32,000 nucleotides of DNA. Origin: Nitrosopumilus maritimus SCM1. Lineage in GTDB: Archaea > Thermoproteota > Nitrososphaeria > Nitrososphaerales > Nitrosopumilaceae. The stretch is from assembly GCF_000018465.1 (NCBI RefSeq), contig NC_010085.1, forward strand, positions 450,001 to 482,000, in the 5' to 3' direction. Numbering within the stretch: the stretch's first letter is position 1; each line of letters begins with the position of its first letter. A program made the translations under genes and the position numbers. Below are positions 1 through 9,322 of this stretch, in pieces. The notes below the pieces were generated by a model. It made no database searches, had not been told where the DNA came from, and saw nothing but the letters and a program-made list of their open reading frames with translations.

Positions 1-1035
1 TGCCATTGAATTTGCTACTGCAGTTAATAATGATTTTGTTCCATAACTGAAATTTTCTTTTTCAAAAAATCCTGCTGGTCCACTGATAAACACAGTTCCT
101 GCACCTGCAATTAATTTTGAATAATATTCTACAGTTTTTGGACCTAAATCAAAAATCTTATCTCCTTTACCCATCTCTCTTACATCCATCTCTACTCTTT
201 CACCATCTTTGTCAATTGCAATGTCCACTGGTGTTGCAAATACATCTGGATGTTCTCCTATCAATGTGTGAGCTTTTGCAACAACTTCTTCTTCTCTTTT
301 GATTCCAAGTGATGATTTTACTCTGGCTTGTGCTCGCATGAACACATTTCCAATTAATCCTGTTAGTAAGACGTGATCTGCTCTACCGTTTTGAATAAGT
401 AATTTGATTGCCTCAAGCCTATCTGGAACTTTGGATCCTCCTAAGACTATTACATGTGGTGCTTTTGCCACAGTCATGATTTCATCTAGGTTTCTGACTT
501 CTCTTTCTACAATTCTTCCTGCACATGCAGGTAGTACTTGTGGGAATCCAACGATTGATGGGTGTGATCTGTGTGCACTAGGAAATGAATCTAACACACA
601 TAGATCAAACAACTTTGCTAATCGAGTAACCATGATTGTTTTAGATGCATTCTCAGGGGTGAACTCATAATTTTCTTCAGCACATAATCTGAGATTGTCT
701 AAAAGTAGGATGTCTCCATCTTCTAAATTTTTAATTGCATTTTGTGCAGCTTCTCCAATTACGTCTTCAACATATTTTATTTCACGATTCATTAATTTTT
801 CAAGAACTTTTGCATGTTTGTCCATTCCAGTATAATCATTATTTCCAACTCTTCCCTGATGTGATGCAACAACTACTTTGGCATCTTTTAGTGATTGTAG
901 TGTTTCTATGGCTTCTTCAATTCTTTTAGTCCCTGAAATCTCCATTGTTTCTGGGTCGATTGGACAGTTCATGTCCACTCTTAAAAAAACAGTTTTACCT
1001 TTTAAATCAAAATCATCTAGTGTGAGTACCTTCAC
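1..1035 (-). CDS. pgk: Phosphoglycerate kinase, 3' part truncated by window edge
   Basis: Reverse-strand translation gives VLTLDDFDLKGKTVFLRVDMNCPIDPETM...SHQGRVGN...LLLDNLR...VLDSFPSAHRSHPSIVGFP...VLGGSKVPDR...AGTVFISGPAGFFEKENFSYGT. Start could be GTG at 1035 or an upstream GTG at 1053. Confidence 0.93.
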   Translation of the reverse strand, partial: MKVLTLDDFDLKGKTVFLRVDMNCPIDPETMEISGTKRIEEAIETLQSLKDAKVVVASHQGRVGNNDYTGMDKHAKVLEKLMNREIKYVEDVIGEAAQNAIKNLEDGDILLLDNLRLCAEENYEFTPENASKTIMVTRLAKLFDLCVLDSFPSAHRSHPSIVGFPQVLPACAGRIVEREVRNLDEIMTVAKAPHVIVLGGSKVPDRLEAIKLLIQNGRADHVLLTGLIGNVFMRAQARVKSSLGIKREEEVVAKAHTLIGEHPDVFATPVDIAIDKDGERVEMDVREMGKGDKIFDLGPKTVEYYSKLIAGAGTVFISGPAGFFEKENFSYGTKSLLTAVANSMA

Positions 1036-1171
1036 GCCTTTTCTATTATGCACTTGGTTAAATTCTTTGAGCCGATCAGAATTATTCTGTTAACTCTAAT
1101 TTCAAAAATAATGATTTCCAAAACTTATCTATTGACAAAAATTAAAAGATGTGTATATGGAGTTTGATTAA

Positions 1172-1840
1172 TTGCAAAGTTGGCTTTTTGATATCAGGTC
1201 TCGTTCATTTGTATTACTGACAATTTTATTTTTGATTTTAACTTGGTTAGTCTATTCTGGAATTACTGAAAGTTTTGATCAAAGTATAACTTTGTTTTTC
1301 GCTGAAAATGTTGGAAATCCTACCCTTGACATCGTAATGCAGTATATCACAGAAAGTGGCGATGTCTTTAACATGCTGGTATTTGGAATTGTCATGTTAA
1401 TTATTCCAAAAACTCGAAGGATAGGAATTACTCTTATGATATTGATTGTATTATCCACCCTTCTAACTGGATACATAAAATGTGGAATTGACCGTGATAG
1501 GCCTGATTTTGATTATGAGGGTGTAGAATTCCCTGTAGAAATTAGCCGTGATACCTTTGCTTTGTTCTGTGAGGGTGGATTTGATGCATCATACCCATCT
1601 GGTCATGCTGCTAGGGCCGTGATATTTGGAATTATTTTGGGATATGCTTTGTCTGAGCGGTTCCCACGAGGTGCTTACTTAATGCTTTTGTATCCTGTAA
1701 TGATCTCATTGAGTAGAGTCTATGTTTTACAACACTATCCTATGGATGTGATAGGCGGAACAGTTATTGGAATTATGTTAGCTGGTGTTATGGCAAACAG
1801 AACAAAACTTTACAAAATTTTTGATAAATCAAAAACCTAA
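1172..1840 (+). CDS. PAP2-family membrane phosphatase
   Basis: Multi-TM protein with KCGIDRDRPDF ... YPSGHAARA ... SRVYVLQHYPMDVIGG, the PAP2 phosphatase signature (KxxxxxxRP, PSGH, SRxxxxxHxxxD). TTG start. Confidence 0.88.
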   Translation: MQSWLFDIRSRSFVLLTILFLILTWLVYSGITESFDQSITLFFAENVGNPTLDIVMQYITESGDVFNMLVFGIVMLIIPKTRRIGITLMILIVLSTLLTGYIKCGIDRDRPDFDYEGVEFPVEISRDTFALFCEGGFDASYPSGHAARAVIFGIILGYALSERFPRGAYLMLLYPVMISLSRVYVLQHYPMDVIGGTVIGIMLAGVMANRTKLYKIFDKSKT

Positions 1841-2140
1841 TTCTGTTAATGCAGTATTGCTAATCAAAACTATTGCATAATGGTCATCATCATGATGATA
1901 TGTCCAATACCTCACATCTCGAATTTCATTTTTCTGTCTTAACCCATGAGTTACTCCTGTAGTCACTGTATACCCAATTCTTTTCGCAATCTTTGATTCT
2001 TTTGGCATCAAAACTCTAAATCCTTCATTTTTTCCTTGAAATCCAATACTTACCATATCTTCAACTGCATTTGATGCATCTTTCTCATCTTTGAGATCAT
2101 ATGTTTTTGAAACTGGCAAGTCTTTTGGATGAAAATCCAT
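1829..2140 (-). CDS. Hypothetical protein (103 aa)
   Basis: Intact ORF between neighbours, plausible composition; no recognised family. Confidence 0.6.
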   Translation of the reverse strand: MDFHPKDLPVSKTYDLKDEKDASNAVEDMVSIGFQGKNEGFRVLMPKESKIAKRIGYTVTTGVTHGLRQKNEIRDVRYWTYHHDDDHYAIVLISNTALTELGF

Positions 2141-2265
2141 GATAATTGTCAGATATATTGACTAATATTTTTTAAAAAAATGCTATTTGCGATCAATATT
2201 AGTTAATTTTCTTAACTGACAAGTCAAATCCTGATTATATTAACAACTTAATCGACTCTTTTGAT

Positions 2266-3219
2266 TTGTTTGAATCATTGGCATCATTAGAAAAAACAGT
2301 TTTGCAATTGCGAAAAAAACAACAAGAAGCAACTAAGCTAAGAAAAAGAGCAGAAAAACAACTCAAAGAAGTTCTTTCAGCTCAAAGACGTTCTACTTCT
2401 GGTCTTAACTCTATTGACCGAAAAATAGAATCTGAGAGAGAGGATGTTTCAGACGTTTCAGGTGTTTTGAATCAAAAAAATTCCCAATTAGCAAGTATTG
2501 AAAGATTAGTTCAGGCTGCTGAAGAGCGTTTATCTAGAGAAAAAGAAGCTATTGAACAAACTGAACAGGAAATCGAGTTTTCTGAAAATCCTGAGGAAAA
2601 ACAATACGCAGAGTCCAGATTACGCTCACTACGAGACCATGTTGAAGAATTAACTAATGAGATTAAAAGTAGACAAAAAACTGCCAAAAAAATTGCTGAA
2701 GATGTTACTAAATTTGATAGTATAAAATCCAAAATTTCAACTAAAATACAAAAACAATCACAATCAAAACCATCCTTACGTGAAACAATGATTTCTAGTA
2801 AAAAAGCAGCAGAAAAATTTGTCAAAGAAGTAGAAAGACGAACAAAATCTGAAGAATCTGCAAAGAAAACATTGGAAAAAGCTTCTTCAAAATTAAAAGA
2901 ATTGTTGGCTAAGAGAAAAACTGCAACTAAAAAGAAAGCAACAAAGAAGAAAGCAGCTAAAAAGAAACCAGCAAGAAAAACTGCAACTAAAAAGAAAGCA
3001 ACAAAGAAGAAAGCAGCTAAAAAGAAACCAGCAAGAAAAACTGCAACTAAAAAGAAAGCAACAAAGAAGAAAGCAGCTAAAAAGAAACCAGCAAGAAAAA
3101 CTGCAACTAAAAAGAAAGCAACAAAGAAGAAAGCAGCTAAAAAGAAACCAGCAAGAAAAACTGCAACTAAAAAGAAAACAACAAAGAAGAAAGCAGCTAA
3201 AAAGAAAACTAGACGTTAA
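2266..3219 (+). CDS. Coiled-coil protein with histone-H1-like Lys/Ala-rich C-terminal repeat tail
   Basis: ORF 317 aa: N-terminal heptad-rich E/K/Q coiled coil, C-terminal tandem KKKATKKKAAKKKPARKTAT repeats. TTG start. Confidence 0.8.
   Translation: MFESLASLEKTVLQLRKKQQEATKLRKRAEKQLKEVLSAQRRSTSGLNSIDRKIESEREDVSDVSGVLNQKNSQLASIERLVQAAEERLSREKEAIEQTEQEIEFSENPEEKQYAESRLRSLRDHVEELTNEIKSRQKTAKKIAEDVTKFDSIKSKISTKIQKQSQSKPSLRETMISSKKAAEKFVKEVERRTKSEESAKKTLEKASSKLKELLAKRKTATKKKATKKKAAKKKPARKTATKKKATKKKAAKKKPARKTATKKKATKKKAAKKKPARKTATKKKATKKKAAKKKPARKTATKKKTTKKKAAKKKTRR
2914..3207 (+). repeat. 60-bp tandem repeat, about 4.9 copies, in-frame (20 aa per unit)
   Basis: Unit acaaagaagaaagcagctaaaaagaaaccagcaagaaaaactgcaactaaaaagaaagca repeats exactly; I see one internal mismatch (g to a at 3178). 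Confidence 0.97.
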
Positions 3220-3281
3220 AGAAAAATAGTTTCTCTTTACTTTCCTATAACATTAAAGTAGGTTTTATGTGAATTTTTACA

Positions 3282-3887
3282 ATGAAAAAACGAGGACCAA
3301 TCATTGCTATATCTGGAATAGTTTTAGTGATAATTTCTCTTTCAATTGCTGCTTCTGCAATTCCTACTAATGTTACTGGCCCTGGTGATTTCTTTGTATC
3401 TTCATTATTTGAAGAAATGTTTGATGAAATTTCTAATGAAATTCACATTATGCCTCAAGATTCTGCACATTTTTCTTACACAACATATTCTTCCGACGTC
3501 CCAATTTTGTGGGGAATTCAAATCATTGATTATCAGGCTGGTGATGAATTATCCATAACAATTTCAAATATTTTTGGTGATGATTATGGAACATTCATTC
3601 AAAATGAACCTATTCTTTTTGAAGTATTACAAATATCTCAATCTGATACATTAAATCTTGAAATCGAAAATTTAGGTGCTCGTGATGTTACTATCATCAC
3701 AATGTTTTCTGAAGATCCAGAAAACTCTGAATCCTTTACAAATCCTGATTCTCCTGTTATGAGTATGGTTGTACCCTTGATGGTTTCTGGTATTTTGCTT
3801 GTTTTAGGGATCACTGTTTCAATAATTGGTGTAATTGTAGTGTTAGTAGATCTGAAAAACAAATATGATAATAAAAGAAATTATTGA
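3282..3887 (+). CDS. Putative membrane protein with large extracytoplasmic domain
   Basis: 201 aa, N-terminal hydrophobic segment (IIAISGIVLVIISLSIAASA) and C-terminal TM (MVVPLMVSGILLVLGITVSIIGVIVVLVDL). Confidence 0.65.
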   Translation: MKKRGPIIAISGIVLVIISLSIAASAIPTNVTGPGDFFVSSLFEEMFDEISNEIHIMPQDSAHFSYTTYSSDVPILWGIQIIDYQAGDELSITISNIFGDDYGTFIQNEPILFEVLQISQSDTLNLEIENLGARDVTIITMFSEDPENSESFTNPDSPVMSMVVPLMVSGILLVLGITVSIIGVIVVLVDLKNKYDNKRNY

Positions 3888-4195
3888 GGATTTACTTCCA
3901 TCTGACCAAATTTGCCTTTTGTTAGGGATACTTCACCTTTGAACTCATTGGTATATCCATTTGTGATTACGACAACATCTCCAACATTTACTGCTTTGAT
4001 ATCATCTCCCCACAATGTCAATTTCATTTGGTCATCTTCAGTTTCACCATCAGCAATAACTGCATCGCAGACATCTACTGTACCTCCACTTTTCAGATTA
4101 ACAGTTCTTGGGTCTCCTTTGCTTTTTACTTCGGCTTTAGCATTTATTCCACTTCGCATTTTCTTTACTTGTGAAATTGGTATGAATTCTGCCAT
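3881..4195 (-). CDS. OB-fold single-stranded nucleic-acid-binding protein (RPA/SSB-like)
   Basis: 104 aa; GINAKAEVKSKGDPRTVNLKSGG..VCDAVIADGETEDDQMKLTLWGDDIKAVNVGDVVVITNGYTNEFKGEVSLTKGKFGQMEV resembles crenarchaeal SSB-type OB folds. Confidence 0.8.
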   Translation of the reverse strand: MAEFIPISQVKKMRSGINAKAEVKSKGDPRTVNLKSGGTVDVCDAVIADGETEDDQMKLTLWGDDIKAVNVGDVVVITNGYTNEFKGEVSLTKGKFGQMEVNPQ

Positions 4196-4315
4196 GTATT
4201 TTTGAATCTATTACGCACGATTATAAGCTTTGTTAAAATTTCTTCAAATTGATAGATCATTTTGAAATTTTTCAAAATAGTAATCGAAAAATACTGCTCT
4301 TTATCCATTCTCATT

Positions 4316-4416
4316 GCAGAGATATCGAAGCCCGGTCAACCGAGAGGGACTCAAGATCTTCCAAATAGGAAATCCCTTCTCTCAGGAGTTCGTGGGTTCA
4401 AATCCCACTCTCTGCA
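4316..4416 (+). tRNA. tRNA-Leu (anticodon CAA, 4352-4354) with ~16-nt intron (4356-4371); CCA not encoded
   Basis: Acceptor GCAGAGA/TCTCTGC, D stem TCG/CGA, anticodon stem AGGGA/TCCCT once the intron is removed, T arm GTGGG-TTCAAAT-CCCAC, long variable arm, discriminator A. Total 101 nt, mature 85 nt. Confidence 0.93.
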
Positions 4417-4449
4417 CTAAATTTTACATAAAATTGTAAATTTTTGAAA

Positions 4450-4572
4450 TTAAGCAACTAATGCTTTGACTTTACTCACAGAATGTTCTGAAATTTGTTT
4501 GTGCATTTCTGCCAAACTTTCGTCCTTGAAAGTTAGATTGCATCTAAAACATTTCCAAACCATCTCAGACAT
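4450..4572 (-). CDS. Small C2H2 zinc-finger-like protein (40 aa)
   Basis: Internal ATG of the 64-aa ORF gives MSEMVWKCFRCNLTFKDESLAEMHKQISEHSVSKVKALVA; pattern C-x2-C-x12-H-x5-H. Confidence 0.75.
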   Translation of the reverse strand: MSEMVWKCFRCNLTFKDESLAEMHKQISEHSVSKVKALVA

Positions 4573-4757
4573 GCCTAACAATAGGCATAATTTGCTTATA
4601 AAGATATTGCATGATTGATCCAATTTGTTACAATACCTGATCATTCTTTTGAAAAAGATGTAATTTTTTTAATTTTTTAGATCACAATAGAATTTTTTTG
4701 TGACTAAACCATAATCCAAGGGTTTAGAAGCAAAAAACACTGCATATTCTTTGAAAG

Positions 4758-5378
4758 ATGGTAGATATTTTCGAATTTTTTGCAGAATTTTCCTATTTTG
4801 GAATTTTTCTTGTGCTGATTCTCGTAAATGCATCTCCAATTTTGATGCCTCCAAGCTGGATTGTTTTAACATCATTTTATCTTCTTGATCCTAGTCTGAA
4901 TATTGTATTTCTTGCAATGGTTGGTGCTACTGGTGCTACCATCGGTAGATTTTTTCTCAAAAAGATCAGTGGATTATTTAGAAAATTTGTTGGAGAAGAA
5001 CAAAAATCCAATCTTGACATAATTGGTGATTATCTTAATCACAAAAAATATGGTTATCTCCTTGCATCGTTCCTCTTTGGTGCAACACCTCTACCAAGCA
5101 ATATGTTATTCATCACATACGGGTTAATGCGTGCAAAAAGTATTGGAATCTATATTGGATTTTGGTTTGGTAGAACTATTTCTTACATCATAATGATTTA
5201 TTTTGGCAATGCCGTTTTGCAACCATTCTTAGAAATCTTTGAAGACCGTCTAACTGGAATCTTACTAATTGATGGTGTGGGAATTGGAGTGATTGTTCTC
5301 TTTGCGTCTATTAATTGGACAGTATTAATTACTCAGAGAAAAATTAAATTCGTTAAACCAAAAATATGGAGATTCTAA
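4758..5378 (+). CDS. DedA/VTT-domain (SNARE-associated-like) membrane protein
   Basis: Multi-TM protein with small-residue pattern GATGATIGRFFLKK and FLFGATPLPSNMLFITYGLMR typical of VTT/DedA proteins. Confidence 0.75.
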   Translation: MVDIFEFFAEFSYFGIFLVLILVNASPILMPPSWIVLTSFYLLDPSLNIVFLAMVGATGATIGRFFLKKISGLFRKFVGEEQKSNLDIIGDYLNHKKYGYLLASFLFGATPLPSNMLFITYGLMRAKSIGIYIGFWFGRTISYIIMIYFGNAVLQPFLEIFEDRLTGILLIDGVGIGVIVLFASINWTVLITQRKIKFVKPKIWRF

Positions 5379-5999
5379 ATGAAAGTTCTCGAATTACTCA
5401 AAAAAGATGTAAAAAAAATAATGGAAAATGATCCTGCTCATGACTTTGAACATATTATGAGAGTTTACAAAAATGGTCAGAAAATTTGTAAAAAAGAAAA
5501 AGCAAATGAAAAACTTGTTTTGAGTGCTGCACTTCTACATGATATTGTCTCTTACCCAAAATCTGACAAACGTTCCAAGATGTCTTCTATTGAAAGTGCA
5601 AAAAAATCAAAACAAATTTTAAAAAAATATGATTTTGATGAACATGAAATTACTATAATTTCAGACGCCATTCGTGATCATAGTTTTTCTCAAAAGAAAA
5701 TCCCCAAAACCATTGAGGGTAAAATTTTACAAGATTCTGATAGACTTGATGCTTTAGGTGCAATTGGAATTGCTAGAGTTTTTGCTACAGGTGGTTCTTT
5801 GAAGAGACCCTTTTACAATATTGATGACCCGTTTTGTAAAAATAGAATTCCTGATGATAAGACCTGGACTGTTGATCACTTCTTCCAAAAATTACTCAAA
5901 CTTGAATCTCTAATGAATACAAAATCTGGTAAAATAGAAGCAAAAAGAAGAACGAGAATTCTAAAAGAGTATATAAAACAACTAAAACAAGAAGTTTAA
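5379..5999 (+). CDS. HD-domain metal-dependent phosphohydrolase
   Basis: HDFEHIMRVYKNG...LSAALLHDIVSYPK...DAIRDHSF...ILQDSDRLDALGAIGIAR, the HD / HD superfamily motifs. Confidence 0.88.
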   Translation: MKVLELLKKDVKKIMENDPAHDFEHIMRVYKNGQKICKKEKANEKLVLSAALLHDIVSYPKSDKRSKMSSIESAKKSKQILKKYDFDEHEITIISDAIRDHSFSQKKIPKTIEGKILQDSDRLDALGAIGIARVFATGGSLKRPFYNIDDPFCKNRIPDDKTWTVDHFFQKLLKLESLMNTKSGKIEAKRRTRILKEYIKQLKQEV

Positions 6000-6307
6000 C
6001 CATAATCGACGTATCTGTCGTATCTCTTCTCTATCTCTTTATTCAAACCTGAAATTATCTTCTCATATTCTTCATTTTTTCTAAAATCAATATACTTGCG
6101 AATTGCATCAAACTCTTCATCTTGTGGATATGATTCAAAGACTGGCTCTACCATCTTTAGATATTGTAGAGTTTTCTCACGAAACTCTTCTCTTGTTGGT
6201 TTTTTGATTCCTTTCATCCTAAATTCAACTGATGCCCAACTTGCCCCAATTACGTGTGGGAGTAAATCAAATGCCCTTTGAATCTCGTAACGCTCGTCGT
6301 TTCTCAT
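5996..6307 (-). CDS. Hypothetical protein (103 aa)
   Basis: Intact ORF overlapping the hemB stop by a few nt (ATGA-type junction), same strand; no recognised family. Confidence 0.6.
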   Translation of the reverse strand: MRNDERYEIQRAFDLLPHVIGASWASVEFRMKGIKKPTREEFREKTLQYLKMVEPVFESYPQDEEFDAIRKYIDFRKNEEYEKIISGLNKEIEKRYDRYVDYG

Positions 6308-7284
6308 GATTCTTGCATGAATTTTGCAGCAGATTTTGCAAAATAAGTAACAATCATGTCTGCCCCTGCTCTTTTAATGGAAGACAAGATCTCATCAGTG
6401 ACCTCATTTTCATTTACATATCCTAATTGTGAAGCTGCTTTTACCAATGCATATTCTCCAGAAACGCTGTATGCAGCTACTGGAATATTGAATCTTCTTC
6501 TTGTTTCAGATATCAAATCCAAATAAGATAATGCTGGTTTTATCATAACAATGTCTACTCCTTCATTAATGTCAGTTTCAACTTCCATCATTGCTTCTCT
6601 TGCGTTGGTGTAAGGCATTTGGTATGTTTTTCTATCTCCGAATTCTGGAGCACATGCTGCTGCATCTCTAAAAGGTGAATAAAAATTTGAACGATGTTTT
6701 GCAGCATGAGACATTATTGAAACATCTGAGAAACCTTCATCATCTAATGCATTTCTTATTGCTGCAACTTGACCGTCCATCATTGCTGATGGTGATGATG
6801 TATCCATTCCAGCTTTTGCTTGGCTTACTGCTGTTTTTGCTAAAAGTTCAAGACTTGCATCATTATCGACTTTATTGTTAGAAATAACTCCACAATGTCC
6901 TGTAGATGTAAATTGACATAGACAGGTATCTGCCATAATTACTATTTTGTCTCCAAAATTCTCTCTAACTTGAGAAATTGCCTTTTGTACAATCCCGTTA
7001 TCGTCAAATGCTGATGAACCTGTTTCATCTTTGTTACTAGGAATTCCAAATAACATGATTGCAGGAATTCCTAAATCACTAATAGTTCCAACTTCGTCTG
7101 TGACATCGTCTAAAGGAAGTCTTTCAATTGATGGCATTGATTCAATTTTGATTCTAGTTTTTATGTCCTCTTGAACAAAAATTGGACAAATCAAATCACT
7201 TGGAGACAGTCTAGTCTCTTGAACTAATTCTCTCATCTTCTCTGATGTTCTTAGTCTTCTTAGACGTCTAGTAGGAAATGACAT
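6304..7284 (-). CDS. hemB: Delta-aminolevulinic acid dehydratase (porphobilinogen synthase)
   Basis: MSFPTRRLRRLRTSEKMRELVQETRLSPSDLICPIFVQE...ADTCLCQFTSTGHCG...SPSAMMDGQVAAIR...FKHRSNFYSPFRDA-type region...MIKPALSYLD...AYSVSGEY. The ATG at 7282-7284 fits the family better than the 7368 start in the track. Confidence 0.96.
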   Translation of the reverse strand: MSFPTRRLRRLRTSEKMRELVQETRLSPSDLICPIFVQEDIKTRIKIESMPSIERLPLDDVTDEVGTISDLGIPAIMLFGIPSNKDETGSSAFDDNGIVQKAISQVRENFGDKIVIMADTCLCQFTSTGHCGVISNNKVDNDASLELLAKTAVSQAKAGMDTSSPSAMMDGQVAAIRNALDDEGFSDVSIMSHAAKHRSNFYSPFRDAAACAPEFGDRKTYQMPYTNAREAMMEVETDINEGVDIVMIKPALSYLDLISETRRRFNIPVAAYSVSGEYALVKAASQLGYVNENEVTDEILSSIKRAGADMIVTYFAKSAAKFMQES

Positions 7285-7315
7285 ATTCCGAATTCTCTTT
7301 TGGTAAAATATAATC

Positions 7316-8587
7316 TTAGTCAGCCTGTTCTTGTTTTTTATAGTCAAAGAGCTTGCTTGCCAAGTCAACTACCTCTGGATTACCTTGCTCGGATGCTTTT
7401 CTGATATTGTTCATTGGTGTTGAAACAATACTCTCTACTACTGCTTTGGTTAATTCATCAATAATTTTGATTCTTTTCTCATCTTTTTCATCTAACATCT
7501 GAAGTGCTTTTTGTAACTCTTTTTCTCTAAGTGATTCAATATTCTTGAATACATCTTTTACTAATGGTTCTGCTTCTAGTCTTTTCATCGAGGCTTCTAA
7601 TACAGATACTTCTTCGTTAATTATACTTTCAACGGTTTTGACCTTGTTTAATCTAGCATTCATGTTCTTTTCAACCATTTCTGCAATTTGATCAAGATTC
7701 ATCAGTTTTATTCCACCTATGGTTGCAACCTTCTCATCTACTGTTCTTGGATTTGATAAATCCAAAATCATCATGCCTTTGTTTTTATCTTTCATTGCTT
7801 CTGTAATTCGTTCATATGTTACAAGAAAATATGGTGCGGTTGTTGCAACAAAAATTACATCATAATTGTCAAATCCTGAAAGAATTTCTTCAAATTTAAC
7901 TGGGGTTCCTCCCATTGTTTCACAAAATGTTTCTGATCTGCTAAGTGTTCTACTGGTAACATCAAATGCATAACCTCTTCTCTGTAATGATTTTGCAACT
8001 AATGTGGATACTTCTCCAGTTCCAATCAATAATGTCTTTTTTGTTTTTAATTCATCAATGTTTTCTTCTGCAAGCTTTACTGCCATTGAACCAACTGAAA
8101 TTCCCCCTTTACCAATCCCACTATTGTTTCTGATTCTAGTTCCTATTCTGATTGCTTTGTCAAATAATGTGTTAAGATGCTGACCTGATGCTTTTCTTTC
8201 TCTTGCAGATGTGATAGAATTTTTAATTTGACCCAAAATTTGTTCTTCTCCTAGTACCATAGAATCCAAACCTGATGTTAATTTCAATAAATGGTGCAAA
8301 GCATTTTGGTTCTCTTCAACTTCCATGTTTTCATCAAAAACTTGCTCTTCTAATCCTGCTAGTGATGCCCATGTCTTCTTTATCTTGTCTACTTCTTGAC
8401 TCTTTGATTTTCCAAATAATTCAATTCTATTGCATGTTTGAATTATGACACACTCATCCAATCCTGAATGTTTTTTGAATTGGTCATATGCCTCTTCAAT
8501 ATCTTTTATTGTAAATCGTTCTAAAATATGGATTGGTGAATTACGAAAAGTTACACGTGCATTAATGATGTTTTGACTCATTTCCAA
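7316..8587 (-). CDS. hemA: Glutamyl-tRNA reductase
   Basis: ECVIIQTCNRIELFG, SGLDSMVLGEEQILGQ, FDKAIRIGTRIRNNSGIGKGGISVGSMAV, GTGEVSTLVAKSL. Confidence 0.97.
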   Translation of the reverse strand: MEMSQNIINARVTFRNSPIHILERFTIKDIEEAYDQFKKHSGLDECVIIQTCNRIELFGKSKSQEVDKIKKTWASLAGLEEQVFDENMEVEENQNALHHLLKLTSGLDSMVLGEEQILGQIKNSITSARERKASGQHLNTLFDKAIRIGTRIRNNSGIGKGGISVGSMAVKLAEENIDELKTKKTLLIGTGEVSTLVAKSLQRRGYAFDVTSRTLSRSETFCETMGGTPVKFEEILSGFDNYDVIFVATTAPYFLVTYERITEAMKDKNKGMMILDLSNPRTVDEKVATIGGIKLMNLDQIAEMVEKNMNARLNKVKTVESIINEEVSVLEASMKRLEAEPLVKDVFKNIESLREKELQKALQMLDEKDEKRIKIIDELTKAVVESIVSTPMNNIRKASEQGNPEVVDLASKLFDYKKQEQAD

Positions 8588-9231
8588 TTCCTCACTATTG
8601 TAATGGCTCTTTTTTCAGCTTTTTTCATTTGACTGTCTTTTATTAACTGATCAATCTCATTATCAGCCATGATACTGCGAAGACATGCTTTTCGTTCTGT
8701 TGGAGTGGGAATCTTCTCTTTTGCAGCACCTCTTGCGATCTTTTGAATTTTAATTTGACCAATGTCTTCTTTTGTGATAATTTTTCTAAAGAGTTCTTCA
8801 GATTTTCTTTTGAGTTTTTTTGACATTGCAGGACTTCGACCTCCAGTAAAAATTGCAATCTGAATCATTTTTTCAAAATCAATTATAGCTGGATTTGAAA
8901 AGTCACTCTCATCTGGATTATCTGAACTATATGTGATAATTTTTTTCTTTTTTCCTATATTGATGATTTTTTGATTAAGTTTTTTGTCATCAGTAGTTGT
9001 AATGATGATGTCTGGTTTGAGTTTAGAAATGAATTTTGTATCTTGAATATTTTGTTTTTTTAATTGAATTTTCTTTGATTTTACAAGTCTGCTAATTTGT
9101 GGAGTTACTTTATTACTAATTACTATGATATTGCACTTTTCTTTTATCAGAGAATTGATTCTTTTTTGTGCCTCATTACCACCTCCAATCACAATCACTG
9201 ATTTTCCTTGAAGGTTCAGGTCTACTATCAT
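8578..9231 (-). CDS. Met8/CysG-N-like precorrin-2 dehydrogenase / sirohydrochlorin ferrochelatase
   Basis: LNLQGKSVIVIGGGNEAQKRINSLIKEKCNIIVISNKVT...FSNPAIIDFEKMIQIAIFTGGRSPAMSKKLKRKSEEL; directly upstream of and overlapping hemA. Confidence 0.87.
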   Translation of the reverse strand: MIVDLNLQGKSVIVIGGGNEAQKRINSLIKEKCNIIVISNKVTPQISRLVKSKKIQLKKQNIQDTKFISKLKPDIIITTTDDKKLNQKIINIGKKKKIITYSSDNPDESDFSNPAIIDFEKMIQIAIFTGGRSPAMSKKLKRKSEELFRKIITKEDIGQIKIQKIARGAAKEKIPTPTERKACLRSIMADNEIDQLIKDSQMKKAEKRAITIVRNWK

Positions 9232-9322
9232 CGATCAAAAACCTTTCGATTTCTATTTATGTATTAAAATCCTGTTTATGCATCCAGCTACATTTTTAAT
9301 TGAATGAGAGTGTGTTTGTCAT

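Noticed and set aside
404-1093. Plus-strand ORFs 404..670, 735..929, 878..1093
   Set aside because: Antisense shadows of the pgk coding frame, which is clearly recognisable on the minus strand; their own translations look non-protein-like.
2199-2221. Short inverted repeat TTAGTTAA/TTAACTGA between genes
   Set aside because: AT-only short palindromic match in an AT-rich genome, expected by chance; not supported as terminator or operator.
2511-2825. Minus-strand ORF of 104 aa inside the coiled-coil gene
   Set aside because: Antisense to a well-supported coding frame; Ser/Phe/Ile-rich shadow composition typical of the complement of Lys/Glu-rich genes.
2914-3207. 60-bp tandem repeat as a possible CRISPR or non-coding satellite
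   Set aside because: There are no unique spacers, and the period is exactly 20 codons within one open frame, so it is a coding tandem repeat.
4669-4875. Minus-strand ORF of 68 aa
   Set aside because: Overlaps the start of the better-supported VTT membrane protein; no motif of its own.
7285-7368. N-terminal extension of hemB in the supplied ORF track
   Set aside because: Residues MTWQASSLTIKNKNRLTKIIFYQKRIRN overlap the hemA 3' end and do not resemble HemB; the ATG at 7284 begins the family-like sequence.
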